Source: the human T2T-CHM13v2.0 reference genome, Homo sapiens. Taken from it: DNA of 64,000 nucleotides. Shown here piece by piece: positions 50,269 to 64,000 of this stretch. A program made the position numbers and the translations under genes. The stretch lies in NCBI RefSeq assembly GCF_009914755.1, contig NC_060940.1; one strand, 5' to 3'. The notes under the pieces are model-generated. The model worked only from the letters and a program-made list of their open reading frames with translations, made no database searches and had not been told where the DNA came from. How positions within the stretch are numbered: position 1 is the stretch's first letter; every line of letters starts with the position of its first letter.

Positions 50269-51941
50269 ATCACCAGGAATCTGGAACCAAAACTGTAGGA
50301 GCTGCGTGCCCGCAGTTCTGGCATCCTCCTTTATCCTACTCTTTGCTCATTTGCTTCCTCAGCCTACTTTCCTGATAGTTTTGACCTACAGATGACCTTG
50401 GCTTTTTCTTTGGCTAATTGCTGATGTTGCTTTTAAAATTAAAGTAATACATGCATAAGTAGAAAATGATTTCTTCCCCACTCTGGATCCCTAGTCCCCT
50501 CCACCAGGAAGCAATTTCTGTTAATAATTGTGTCTTAGACATCATCGCAGGTATTTTCTATGCATATATATCCCCATTCTGTATACAAATAAGGGCATGC
50601 AACATACATCTTTCCATTTTCACCAAAGTTTGATAAAAACTGTACCCCAAAACAGACGGGTTTATTATTTTACCTTCTTTGGCCAATGCAGAGTTCATAT
50701 TAGAAAAAATCCAATAGAACCGTTTATATTTTTTCTGTAGTCTTATTCATTCTTTAGATTTTCTTTTTCTTTTTCCAAATCAGATGATCCCTTGGGAGGC
50801 ATATTAAAGGGTTTAAAATTTAGATCATAAAATAAACCACTCATTTCCAATAAGTAATACAATACCACGCATTATTCAGACACACTGACCATGGTGTGTG
50901 TGGCAGGGAATGTTTTATGACTTAAAATTCACAGTGCTGTCATTCTTGCCCAAAACGAGACCAATTTCTACTTTGTGGTGGATATACAGCTGAGGTGTTC
51001 AAGAAATAGAGCATTTTCTATTGTTCTGTAGCCTATTTATTTATTTATTTTTTGAGACAGAGTCTTGCTCTGTTGCCCAGGCTGGAGTGCAGTGGCGCAA
51101 TCTCGGCTCACTGCAGCCTCCGCCTCCTGGGTTCCAGCAGTTCTGCAGCCTCCGCCTCCCGGGTCGCTAGGATTACAGGGACGGACCACCACACCCAGCT
51201 AAGTTTTGTATTTTTTTAGTAGAGATGAGGTTTCACCATGTTTGCGAAGTTGGTCTCAAACTCCTGACCTCAGGTGATTGGCCAGCCTCTGCCTCCCAAA
51301 GTGCTAGGATTACAGGCGTGAGCCACCACACCTGGCCTATAACCCAATTTAACTTCTACCCAGGACCCCCAGTTGACTAAGGTTGTGGAAATGTGGCATT
51401 CTTCCCTGCCCTGGGGTATTGTCTAAGCCCCAGGGCTTCTGTAATACCAGGAAGTTGGGGTTTGTCCTCTATGTTGCCTACCAGGTGTCCACACAGCCAT
51501 CCATCCACGTCTGCCTGGTCAGGTCCGGTGGACTGGTCCATGCTGTCGTGAATAGGGTCAGGGCTATTCTTCTGTGGCCTCCATTGCTGTGCACAGGCTT
51601 AGGAAGTAACTGTCACCCTCTGTGACCACATTCCCCTAGACGCCTATGTGTTCATTTCCTTTCTGGGGTTTTGCAACTTTCCCACACAGGGGAACACAGG
51701 CCTCCTATGCTCTCAGATCCTTTGCTTGCAACGTGTTTTCTTCCACAATGTCTATGGGAAAGCACTGGTTCCCATTATCCACATTCATCACTTTCCCTCT
51801 CTTCTCTTTTCTTGCCCCACCCAGTCTGCCAGCCCCTCAATCAAGGCCTCTTTTGCTTTTGTGTGGGATAAATGCAGGCAGGGGGTAGGGAAGGGCAAAG
51901 GTGAACCTTCTTCTACTACAGCGTTATTATTCTCTTCGCAT

Positions 51942-51990
51942 TTCTTTTGGTCTTAGTTCTTTTGGTCTTAGTTCTTTTGGTCTTAGTTCT
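51942..51990. repeat. 15-bp tandem repeat (TTCTTTTGGTCTTAG) x3.3
   Basis: Three perfect copies plus TTCT. Confidence 0.95.
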
Positions 51991-54094
51991 GCCCGGCTGG
52001 TCTTCTCCTTCACCTGTATCTGGTCCCATAGCAATTAGCCCTTCCTGTGACATCATGTAAAGAATAATCTAGGCTGGGAGTAGTGGCTCACAGCTGTTAT
52101 CCCAGCACTTTGGGAGGCTGAGGCAGGTGGATCACCTGAGGTTCAGGAGTTGGAGACCAGCCTGGCCAACATGGTGAAATCCCATCTCTACTAAAAATAC
52201 AAAAAAATTTGCCGGGTGTGGTGGCATGACCCGTAGTTCCAGCTACTCAGGAGGCTGAGGCACAAGAATCACTTGAAACCAGGAGGCAGAGGTTGCAGTG
52301 AGCCGAGATCACGCCACTGCACTCCAGCCTGGGAAACAGAGTGAGTCTCCGTTTTCAAAAACAAACAAACAAAACAAAACAAAAACAGTAAAGAATAATC
52401 TAGTAGAAATGCGCTACCTGGTGTGCATTTAATTTTCCTGAGGGCTCTATGTCCTAAAGTTTGATCTTCTTTCTGTCCCATGTCATAAGGTTAGAACGCG
52501 CAGGGTTTTGGCAAGCCTGAAGCAGAGGGCATAGATTCTGTTCTTTGTCTGTCCTGAGAAGAGAAGCCCTAAGGAGGGCAGCTCAGATGGCCCAGGTGGG
52601 AGGCGGAGCCACCGGGTCCAGAAGGTGGCCTGGATCAAGCCTTTAGTCTCAGGAGATAGAGTAGTTTCAGGTGGGGCATGGGAGGTGCCTGTGTCTCGCA
52701 GGCTCACACTGGTCCTCTCTCCCTGCTGGACAACTGGCCTTTGTGATTTCCTGCCTCTGACCCCACTTTCCAGATACTTCTGTACCAACTCCCACTGACC
52801 ATAGACAGATGGATATAAAAGATCATGAGTCCAAGACATAATGTGTATGGCTCTTGATTTAGGGCTGTAAGATGTCGGGGATAGGGGATAATTTAGAAAT
52901 ACTTAAAACAAAAACAATTTTATTATAATAAATACGGACTAAAGTGGGATATACATTCTATTAGGCTGAAAAAAAATCAGGTCCTTTTTTTGCTGTCTAG
53001 TGTTATTACAGATGAAGTTTTTAGGAAAGAAGTGAAAACGTACAGTTTTGCTTAAGGCACAGACGTTAGAAAGTCAGTGTCCAACATAGCCTGAACAGTT
53101 GGGATGTGGACGACTACGACACGCTCAGGTGCCACCTGTGGTCAGAATGCAGGAGTGCACTCTCAGTTGTGTTTGTGCCGCTCTGCCTGGAGCAGGCTCT
53201 GTCATTTTCGCAGCAAAGTTTCACATCTCTCTAGCTGTGCTGTTACTATGGTGAAGGAGGCAGTAAAGGCACTCATCTGTTTCCCTCTTTCAACACCATT
53301 GATCATGCTTCATCATCTGAGAACTGATGTTTTCTAGCCACCATTACACCTCAAATTTAGGAAAACACCAAGCATGTAATTCAAAGTTGCTAAGAGGCTG
53401 TGTGGGTGGATCACTTGAGGCCAGGAGTTCGAGACCAGCCTGATCGACATGGCCAGACCCCGTCTCTACTTAAAATACAAAAATTAGCTGGGCGTCTTGG
53501 CACACGCCTGTAGTCCCAGCTACTCAGGAGGCTGAGACAGGAGAATTGCTTGAGCATGGGAGGCGGAGGTTGCAGTGAGCCGAGATTGCATCACCGCACT
53601 CCAGGCTGGGTGACAGAGCAAGATTGTTAAAAAAAAAAAAAGTTGCTAAGACTTCATAAGACTGGGACCACAGGGACTGGTTGGAAAGTGACTTTGTTTC
53701 TTGCCCTGAGTAGTGTTGTATCAAGAACCCCAAATTTTGGCTGACAGCTTCGAGAGTATCATTTTAAAAGTAGAACACTTACAATAAGATGGTGTTGGGC
53801 CAGGCGTGGTGGCTCACACCTGTAATCCCAGCAGTTTGGGAGGCCGAGGGAGGTGGATTGCTTAAGGCCAGAAGTTCCAGAGCAGCCTGGGCAACATCGT
53901 GAGACTCCCATCTCTACAAAAAAATTTAAAAAATTATTATTTCATTGTAGAAATGTGTAAAGTAATGGCTTTAAGCTTGTTTTATATAAGGTTTGTACAA
54001 GGTTCATTTTGCTTCATGTCATTAGTGATTTTCTTTTTCTCTTTATGACATTTTGAAGGAAATCATTTAGACCAAGAAGGTATTTGATATTCTA

Positions 54095-54410
54095 GATCAG
54101 GACTGGGAAATTCGATGCACTGCAGAGAGACACGTGTGGGGCAAGCTGGATGTTGTACAATTTGGATGGAAGAGGACTGTGGTGTTCTGGAGGGCCCATA
54201 AGTCAGCTCGATGAGGAACGCTCTTTTCAGGTCCAGCTAGTTGTAGCCATATGGAAATGTGAGCCCCAGGTTGCCAGAACTGCTGTTTCAAGAGAATATA
54301 GAAATCCAGATTTTCATGTAAAATTGTTTGATTTTTTTTAAGTTATATGGGACTTACTAAAATAAACCTGTGTGCCCAATTTGGCCTGTGGGTTGCCAGG
54401 TTGTGACTTT
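54095..54410. mobile_element. Ancient hAT-type DNA transposon fragment (MER102-like)
   Basis: ggaaatgtgagcccc...gttgccaga...agaaatccagattttcatgt...aatttggcctgtggg motifs. Confidence 0.5.
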
Positions 54411-54797
54411 TATTTTAGACTTTCTGGTTTATACTTCTTTTGTTATAAAAGTGAAAGCATGAGACTCCATAGGTAAGTTTTGGCAGCTTATATCAAATAA
54501 ATACAGACAGTAGAGAGATTATTTTTAATCCAGTGAGCAATTAAAACTCCTTCCAAATGGTGGCACTGTTGGTATCTTTCTTCAGAGAATAAGCATAGAG
54601 CAAACATTTGCGCTGAAAGAAATTTGCGCATGGAGAAAATGCCTTTTAGAAAAGGACATGAATGACAAGAGCTGCGGAAGGAGCCTTGGAAAATCAGAAT
54701 GCATTCCAGGCACTAAATGCAGAGGAAATGCCTCCAAGGGTATTGGTGGGATATGATATTTTTTCTTTTTATTCTTTTTTTTTTTTTTTTGACATAG

Positions 54798-54896
<99 letters not shown>

Positions 54897-56263
54897 TGAG
54901 TAGCTGGGACTACAGGCACCTGCTACCACACCCTGCTAATTTTGTTTTTGTATTTTTAGTAGAGATGGGGTTTCACCGTGTTAGCCAGGATGGTCTCGAT
55001 CTCCTGACCTTGTGATCTGCCCGCCTTGGCCTCCCAAAGTGCTGGGATTATAGGCATGCGCCATTGCACTCGGCCAGGATATTTTTTCTTTATAATTTAC
55101 ACTTAATTTAAAACAAGCCTTGGCAAATTAGCAAATGTTCTATTGATTTATTATTAGTCATTTGTTTGTTTGTTTTTGAGACAAAACCTTGCTCTGTAGC
55201 CCAGGCTGGAGTGCAGTGGCACAATCTCAGCTCACTGTAACCTCTGCCTCCCAGGTTCAAGCGATTCTCCTGCCTCAGTCTCCGAGTAGCTGGGATTACA
55301 AGCATGCACCACCACACCTGGCTAATTTTGTATTTTCAGTAGAGATGGGGTTTCACCATGTTGGTCAGGCTAGTCTTGAACTCCTGACCTCAAGCAATCC
55401 ATCCTCCTCAGCCTCCCAAAGTGCTGGGATTACAAGTGTGAGCCACCATGCCCGGCCTTTATTATTAGTCTTTTTTTTTTTTTTTTTTTTTTTGAGATGG
55501 GAGTCTTCTGTTGCACAGGCTAGAGTGCAGTGGCGCGATCTTGGCTTACTGCAACCTCTGCCTCCTGGGTTCAAGCAATTCTCCTGCCTAAGCCTCCTGA
55601 GTAGCCGGGATTACAGGCACCTGCCACTGCGCCTGGCTAATTTTTGTATTTTTAGTAGAGATGTGGTTTCACTATGTTGGCCAGGCTGGTCTTGAACTCC
55701 TGACCTCATGATCCATCGCCTTGGCTTCCCAAAGTGCTGGGATTATTATTAGTCTTTTTTAGCATACCTTAAACTTGCAGTTGCTTCACAATCATTTTTG
55801 TTGTTCTTCAAGAAATGATAAAAATAAGGGATCCTAGATTCCACGTTCTGCTTTTTAAAAATAAAATAATGAATAAAGCGCCAAAGCCTAGAAGACAATG
55901 GGATTGTAAATAGCAAACATTAGGACCATGTGACCTTGAACCATTTGAGAGGAATAACATGGCTCTTCTCATTAAAATTACAAAATAGGCTGGGTGCAGT
56001 CGCTCACGCCTGTAATCCTGGCTCTTTAGGAGGCCAAGGCAGGAGAATCACTTGAGACCAGGAGTTTGAGATCAGCCTGGGCAACATAGCAAGACCTCCT
56101 CTTTACAAAAATTAACAATAATAAAATTTAGAAGGCTGGACATGATGGCTCATGCCTGTAATCCCACACTTTGGGAGGCCAAGGTGGGTGGATCACTTGA
56201 GCCCAGGAATTCAAGACCAGCCTGGGCAAAATGGTTAAACCCCATCTCTATTTATTTATTTGA

Positions 56264-56713
<450 letters not shown>

Positions 56714-57983
56714 TAAAGGTGCGTGCCACCACACCCAGCTAATTTTTGTACTTTTTTGGTACAGACGGGGTTTCACTATGTTGGCCAGGCTGGTCTTGAA
56801 CTCCTGACCTTGTGATCCGCCCACCTCAGCCTCCCAAAGTGCTGGGATTACAGGCGTGAGCCACCGTGTCCGGCCAATTTTTTTTTTTTTTTTGAGACAA
56901 GGTCTCAGTTTGTTGTCCAGGCTAGAGTACAGTGGTGTGATCATGGCTCACTGTAACCTCCACCTCCTGGTTCAAGCGATTCTCATGCCTCAGCCTCCTA
57001 AGTAGCTGGGATTACAGGCGCCCACCACCACACCTGACTAATTTTTGTATTTTTGTAGAGATGAGGTTTCACCATGTTGGCCAGGCTGGTCTTGAACTCC
57101 TGACCTCAAGTGATCTACCTGCCTTGTCCTCCCAAAGTGCTGGGATTACAGGTATGAGCTACTGTACCTGGCCTATTTTAAAATTATTTTTTTAAAAAAG
57201 AAGGAAAATACTAGGTGTGGCCCATATAGGGTGAGATGGAGGTTAAGCTCCACTTCCTGGCGGGGAGCATCAACATGCATTCTTCTTCGAGGAAGATTTG
57301 TCTCTTCTATTTATTAATCTTTTCCGTCATAAATAAATTATGATCTTCTGGGACGCAGTGTATGGACGCAAGTGTATTTATGTTATATTTTAGGTTATAG
57401 TCCAGTACTATCATTATTTTGTTGCTCAGATTATTCCAGCTTCGGCTGTTGGAGTTCTTTCCGGTTGGCCCTGGGGTCCCTGTGACCTGCCCACACGCCC
57501 CGATCTTTTTTGTTTTTTAAGCTCTTTTAAACTTTCTGGCATTGCAAGATGCTCCAGGCTTATCTTGTATTTGCCTTGCTCTACTTCTAGCATCAACCAT
57601 TTCTCCAAGGAGCCCTGGTTCCTTTCATTGGAGAACACTGTTTAGCAAACAAGACTTGATATTGGCTGTGGTCATCACTACTGAGGCCCGCTCAGTGGGC
57701 AGAGCTGGGAAAAATGTACATGCATACCAACCCATGCATGCACACAAATCTATGATTATTTCTGTATCTAGGTGTTTGTGTCTATATTAAGCTAAAAATG
57801 AGCTCAGACTCATGTTAACCATCCTGTCTACTGTGTTCCTGTACAACAAGGACGTGAGCTTCCTATTTTCCAACATGGTCAAGGAAAGCAGTGTCCTGGT
57901 TCATCAACTCTTCTAGACAAATGAGTTACCAGATGTGACTTTTGTGTATGATCAATTTGCCAATAATTAAACTATAACGTTAA

Positions 57984-58448
<465 letters not shown>

Positions 58449-59106
58449 TAATGTGCCTGCTATAGTTATGCAGCAAGTGGCAGAGCAGCCTGATGTCAGA
58501 GTCCACTCACTCCGCCTCCTTGGCAAGCTTCGTCTTTCTTTGAGGATTCAGGAGACACCTCAGAGTCATGATTCTGCGTATCAATTCTAAGTATTCTGCA
58601 GATGCATGACCAAGGTTATGGTTTATTGAACATCAAGTAACCAAGAGTTTTACTTTCTTTTTTGTTATATGGAGTTGTCATATTTTCCACAACGGGCACC
58701 TATTAATTTTATATTAAGAAAAAATGTAAACATTATACACACATTTAGAATAACAGGAGCTGTCTACTCCTCCCCACCTAGAGGTTCTCCCTCTATTTCC
58801 AATACTGGAAGATCAGGGTTTAATTTTATGAAGGTAGGGCAGGGCATGGGAGGTTCACTCGTGTAACTCCAGCACTTTGGGAGGTTGAGACAGGAGGATT
58901 GCATGAGCCCAGCAGTTCAGGACCAGCCCGAACAACATAGGGAGATCCTATCTCTACAAAAAAATGTGAAAAATTAGCTGGGTATGGTAGCAGGCGCCTG
59001 TGGTCCCAGCTACTTGGGATGCTGAGGCAGGAGGATTGTTGGAGCCAGGAGGTCAAGGCTGCACTGAGCTGTGCTCGTACCACTGCACTTCTGGGCAACA
59101 GAGTGA

Positions 59107-59487
<381 letters not shown>

Positions 59488-60553
59488 TGATCTCGAACTC
59501 CTGACCTCTTGATCCACCCACCTTGGCCTCCCAAAGTGCTGAGATTACAGGTGTGAGCCACTGTGCCCAGCCAATTACACAGGTTTTTATGGCCTACTCT
59601 AAATTTTTTTTGGTCTTAATTTATACTACTTAAAAAAAATAATGACTCTATGGGTTTCAGAAGATGATACAATGAACTAATGTGGATCCCCCTCTTCCTG
59701 CCAATAATAAATTTAAAAATATATTTTTTAGGCCAGGCACGGTGGCTCACGCCTGTAATCCCAGCACTTTGGGTGGCTGAGGTAGGCGGATCACTTGAGG
59801 TCAGAAATTAAGACTAGCCTGGCTAATATGGTGAAACCCTGTCTCTACTGAAAATACAAAAATTAGCCAGGTGTGGTGGCATGCACCTGTAATCCCAGCT
59901 ACTTGGGAGGCTGAGGCAGAGGTTGCAGTGAGCCGAGATTAGGCTACTTGGGAGACAAAGCAATCTAGCCTGGGAGACAAAGCAAGACCCTGTCTTAAAA
60001 AAATTATATATATTTAAAAGTTCAAATCCATGGCCAAGCCATAAAGAAGAGAATTTCCCAGGTACCAGCCATGAAGGGCAGCTTGCACCAGAGTGGTACC
60101 CATGCGAGCTGGTGCCATGATGGCTTAGGGAGATAGTGGCCTAGATATCGGCCCAGATGGCTTATTAGCCATGGTGGGATAGAAGACCCAGCCTCCAGCG
60201 TGCAAATGGTGGGGAGCTGTAACTGGCCTCTGCTAAAATCTGAGGCCTGGAATGGCGGGACCACTGTGTCCAGGGGACTGAAAAACATTGCCTTCCTACC
60301 CAAGCATAGGAGTTAATTTTGCCATGGCTCTGGGTGAGAAAAGAAAAAAAGCTTCCTTGAGACTTTGAACCCCCAAACCTGTACCACACAAGGATGTGGA
60401 ATCCAAATGGACTCTTCCTGCTTGCTGTGGCCATAAGGAGCCAATAAATAAACATGAAAACGAATCATAGTGTGGTGAAATACTGGGGTCCTGAGCAGAA
60501 GCAAACCTAGAGCTGCTCTATGGGGCCGTTTCCACATGCCAGAGCTCACGGGA

Positions 60554-60751
60554 CACATGCTTGTGCACACACATGCACACACACGCGCGCATGCACAGGC
60601 ACGCATGCACCCGCACACGCGCACACGTGCATACACACACGCGCACACACACGCACACATGCACACACACACGTGCTCACGAACACACACGTGCTCGCGA
60701 ACACACACGCACACACATACACACACACATGCATATACACACTCACACATG
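60554..60751. repeat. Degenerate (CA/CG/TG)n alternating purine-pyrimidine tract
   Basis: Direct, ~195 bp. Confidence 0.95.
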
Positions 60752-62034
60752 AGAAAGATGCACTGGTATGAGAAATGGACCCACCATCAGAGGGGATCAG
60801 CAGACACAGCATCAAAAGGATGAGTGCCCTTGAGAATTTGAGATAATTGAACACTGTGAAGAATGACCGTATGGAAAAAGAATAGTCAGGTTTGCTGCAA
60901 CACAGGAATCTCCGATTGAAGAAGCACTGTGAATGCTGAGTAGAAGGCATAAAACTTGGTGCACCCTTGAGGTATTTGTTTTGTCAATTCAGATTTTAAT
61001 AAATTGAGTGTTCAAGTGGGGCCCACAGTACACAAATGGTGCTATCTGGAAGGCTTTGAGAACACCTTCGACCAGCCTTGACAAAACAGGTCACTGCTCT
61101 CCACAGGCCTGGATGAGGACTCAGGCCGCTGAAACTCCTTCTATCTTGGAGCATTCCCCACAGTCCCTGTTCCCAAGGGCTTGGTGGTCCACTGCATGTG
61201 TTCTCCTCCTGGTCTACACAGGACGCTGGATTGAAAGGTGGTGGGTTCACATGGGAGGAAGGAGTAAAGGAGCTGAAAATGAGTACTTGGTGGAGTGACA
61301 TATCCAAGCTCACATGACAGCTTCCTGCAAGGAGCTGTGGCTGACAATAGGTGGATCATCCTAATGAGGCGGGAGAGAGGCGCTCCCAGTCACCACTGCC
61401 ACCAACAGGCTTCACGGACTGGTCCACCGGGTTAACGAAAGCAAACACTGAAACTGAGAATCGGAAAGTCGAGGGTGTGTGCTGGAGAACTCTTCTGCCA
61501 GAAACACTTTCCTCAAGAGGAGATGACTTTTGCAAGCAGACAGAACACCACACCACACAGGCCACACAGCATGTAGTGAAGGGCTGTGCAGCAATTAGCT
61601 GGTTGACTCAATACCTGGAGACAGTATGACCTGCCACTTGTTCTCCTGTTCATCCTACAACACACGGCTGCAAAGTCTCCTCCTGTGAAACCTTTCTGCC
61701 TGTCCCCGCCTCCAACTCAGTTGTGCCTCTTCCTCAGTGTGTGATTGGTTTATATCCACATAGTATCTGTATGGACTAAAAGGCCACAGTGGCTAAATGC
61801 TCCGACAGTGACCCTGAGCATCTTTGGCCCCTGGGGCCAGCAGAGGCCTGGGCCTGGAATAGGGGCTCAGTAAAAGGTGTGGAGATGAGCAAGGCATCAA
61901 TTCCACATCCCACATGTTACTCAACCAGGGCCAGATGAGCAAGGATTAAGTCAATTGCACTAACCAAACTTGATACACGCATCATCTTGATGCCATTCAG
62001 GCAAACCACAATTCAGTGGAAAAGGGTCGAACAG

Positions 62035-62073
<39 letters not shown>

Positions 62074-62185
62074 TCCTTCCTTCCTTCCTTCCTTCCTTCC
62101 TTCCTTCCTTCCTTCCTTCCTTCCTTCCCTCCCTTCCTTTCCTTTCTTTTCTCTCTTTCTTTCTCTCTCTCTTTCTTCTCTCTCT
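62035..62185. repeat. Compound (CCTG)9(CCTT)14 microsatellite plus CT-rich tract, at an Alu tail
   Basis: Direct count. Confidence 0.95.
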
Positions 62186-62190
62186 GTTGA

Positions 62191-62785
<595 letters not shown>

Positions 62786-63222
62786 TAAGTTAAGGTCTTG
62801 CTCTCGTCACCCAGGCTGGGGTGCCGTGGTACGATCATAGCTCGCTGCAGCCTGGAACTCCTGGGCTCAAGGGATCCTCCCACCTCAGCCATGCCTGGCT
62901 GTTTTCAAATTTTTGTAGGGGAAGTCTTGCTATGTTGCCTGGGGTGGTCTTGAACTCCTGGTCTCAAGCGATTCTCCCAGCTCAGCCTCCTAAAGTGCTG
63001 GGACTATAGGAATGAGCTATCATGCCCAACCCAGACAGGTTTCTTAACATGGTGTAGAAGAGTTAATTCATGGAAAGTTCTACTCTTTATTCAATTGTTT
63101 TGGCATCATTTATACTGCTGATATTTTATCTGCCTTTTCCAGATTTAAAAATAAATTCTGGCCAGGCATAGTGGCTCACATCTGTAATCCCAGCACTTTG
63201 GGAGGCCAAGGCGGGTGGATTA

Positions 63223-63429
<207 letters not shown>

Positions 63430-64000
63430 TCACTCTGCCTAAAAAAAAAAAAAAAACCTTCAAGTCTTAAAAAAAATATCTTTTCTGGCCAACTCAGCAG
63501 GAAAGAGGCTCAACAGGAGAGCCAGCCATTTATTTTTAAATGTTTAAGTATGGCTATATAACTATATATATATTTTTATAGAGCATTTAAACATTTACTT
63601 TTGCCACTAAGTTATTGCTCCTTAAGGCTTTCTGTGAGCGATAGTTGAACACAATAGGGTTATAGTGTTTTAATAGAGAGAAATACAGTCTTTATGAAAT
63701 AAGCTACTGTTTAGATAGACTCTTTGGCTTAGTAAAAGTGGTTCTTATCTAAAGCTCAGTTTCTGAATCGGGAAAGGCATTTGTTAGAAGCGTCATCTAG
63801 CACGCTTCAGTGCTGGAAACAGAAGCTGGGCAAGAACATAAAAAATCCATTTATAAACTCAATGAGTCTTCTTTTCATAAGTAGCAACTTGTCTCCTGAA
63901 TTGGTTGAGACTCAGTTCTGACTGTAGACATAGTTCTGCTCTAGAAAGCTCTGACATGATTCCAGTCTATTAGTGCCTTGGAGGGCACAGAACTGTACCT

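Noticed and set aside
60313-60823. His/Thr- and Cys/Val-rich ORFs
   Set aside because: Translations of the (CA)n-like tract

Overview
Human (hominid) genomic DNA. An AluYb8 insertion points to Homo sapiens, and the gene is DNAJA2 (chr16q by established knowledge). Positions 1-8.5 kb hold DNAJA2 coding exons 1-5 on the minus strand, with GT-AG junctions in consistent phase and a CpG-island promoter. Exons 6 onward lie off the left edge. The remaining ~55 kb is extremely Alu-dense. It also contains a full-length SVA, a 5'-inverted (twin-primed) L1PA fragment, nested L1/Alu/LTR insertions (MER52, MER61, MER21, MLT/MST), L2/MIR and DNA-transposon fossils, microsatellites and an orphan CpG island at ~48.7-49.2 kb. 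Almost all ORFs in the supplied track are Alu, SVA, L1 or simple-repeat artefacts. The most interesting, and speculative, signal is in the non-repetitive islands between the repeats. On the + strand they repeatedly show acceptor/donor-bounded blocks with protein-like, stop-damaged reading frames (a CxxC...CxxC motif, TPR-like helices). These may be remnants of a decayed multi-exon gene lying head-to-head with DNAJA2. Repeat subfamily names are from recognition of consensus motifs, not from RepeatMasker, and repeat boundaries are approximate.
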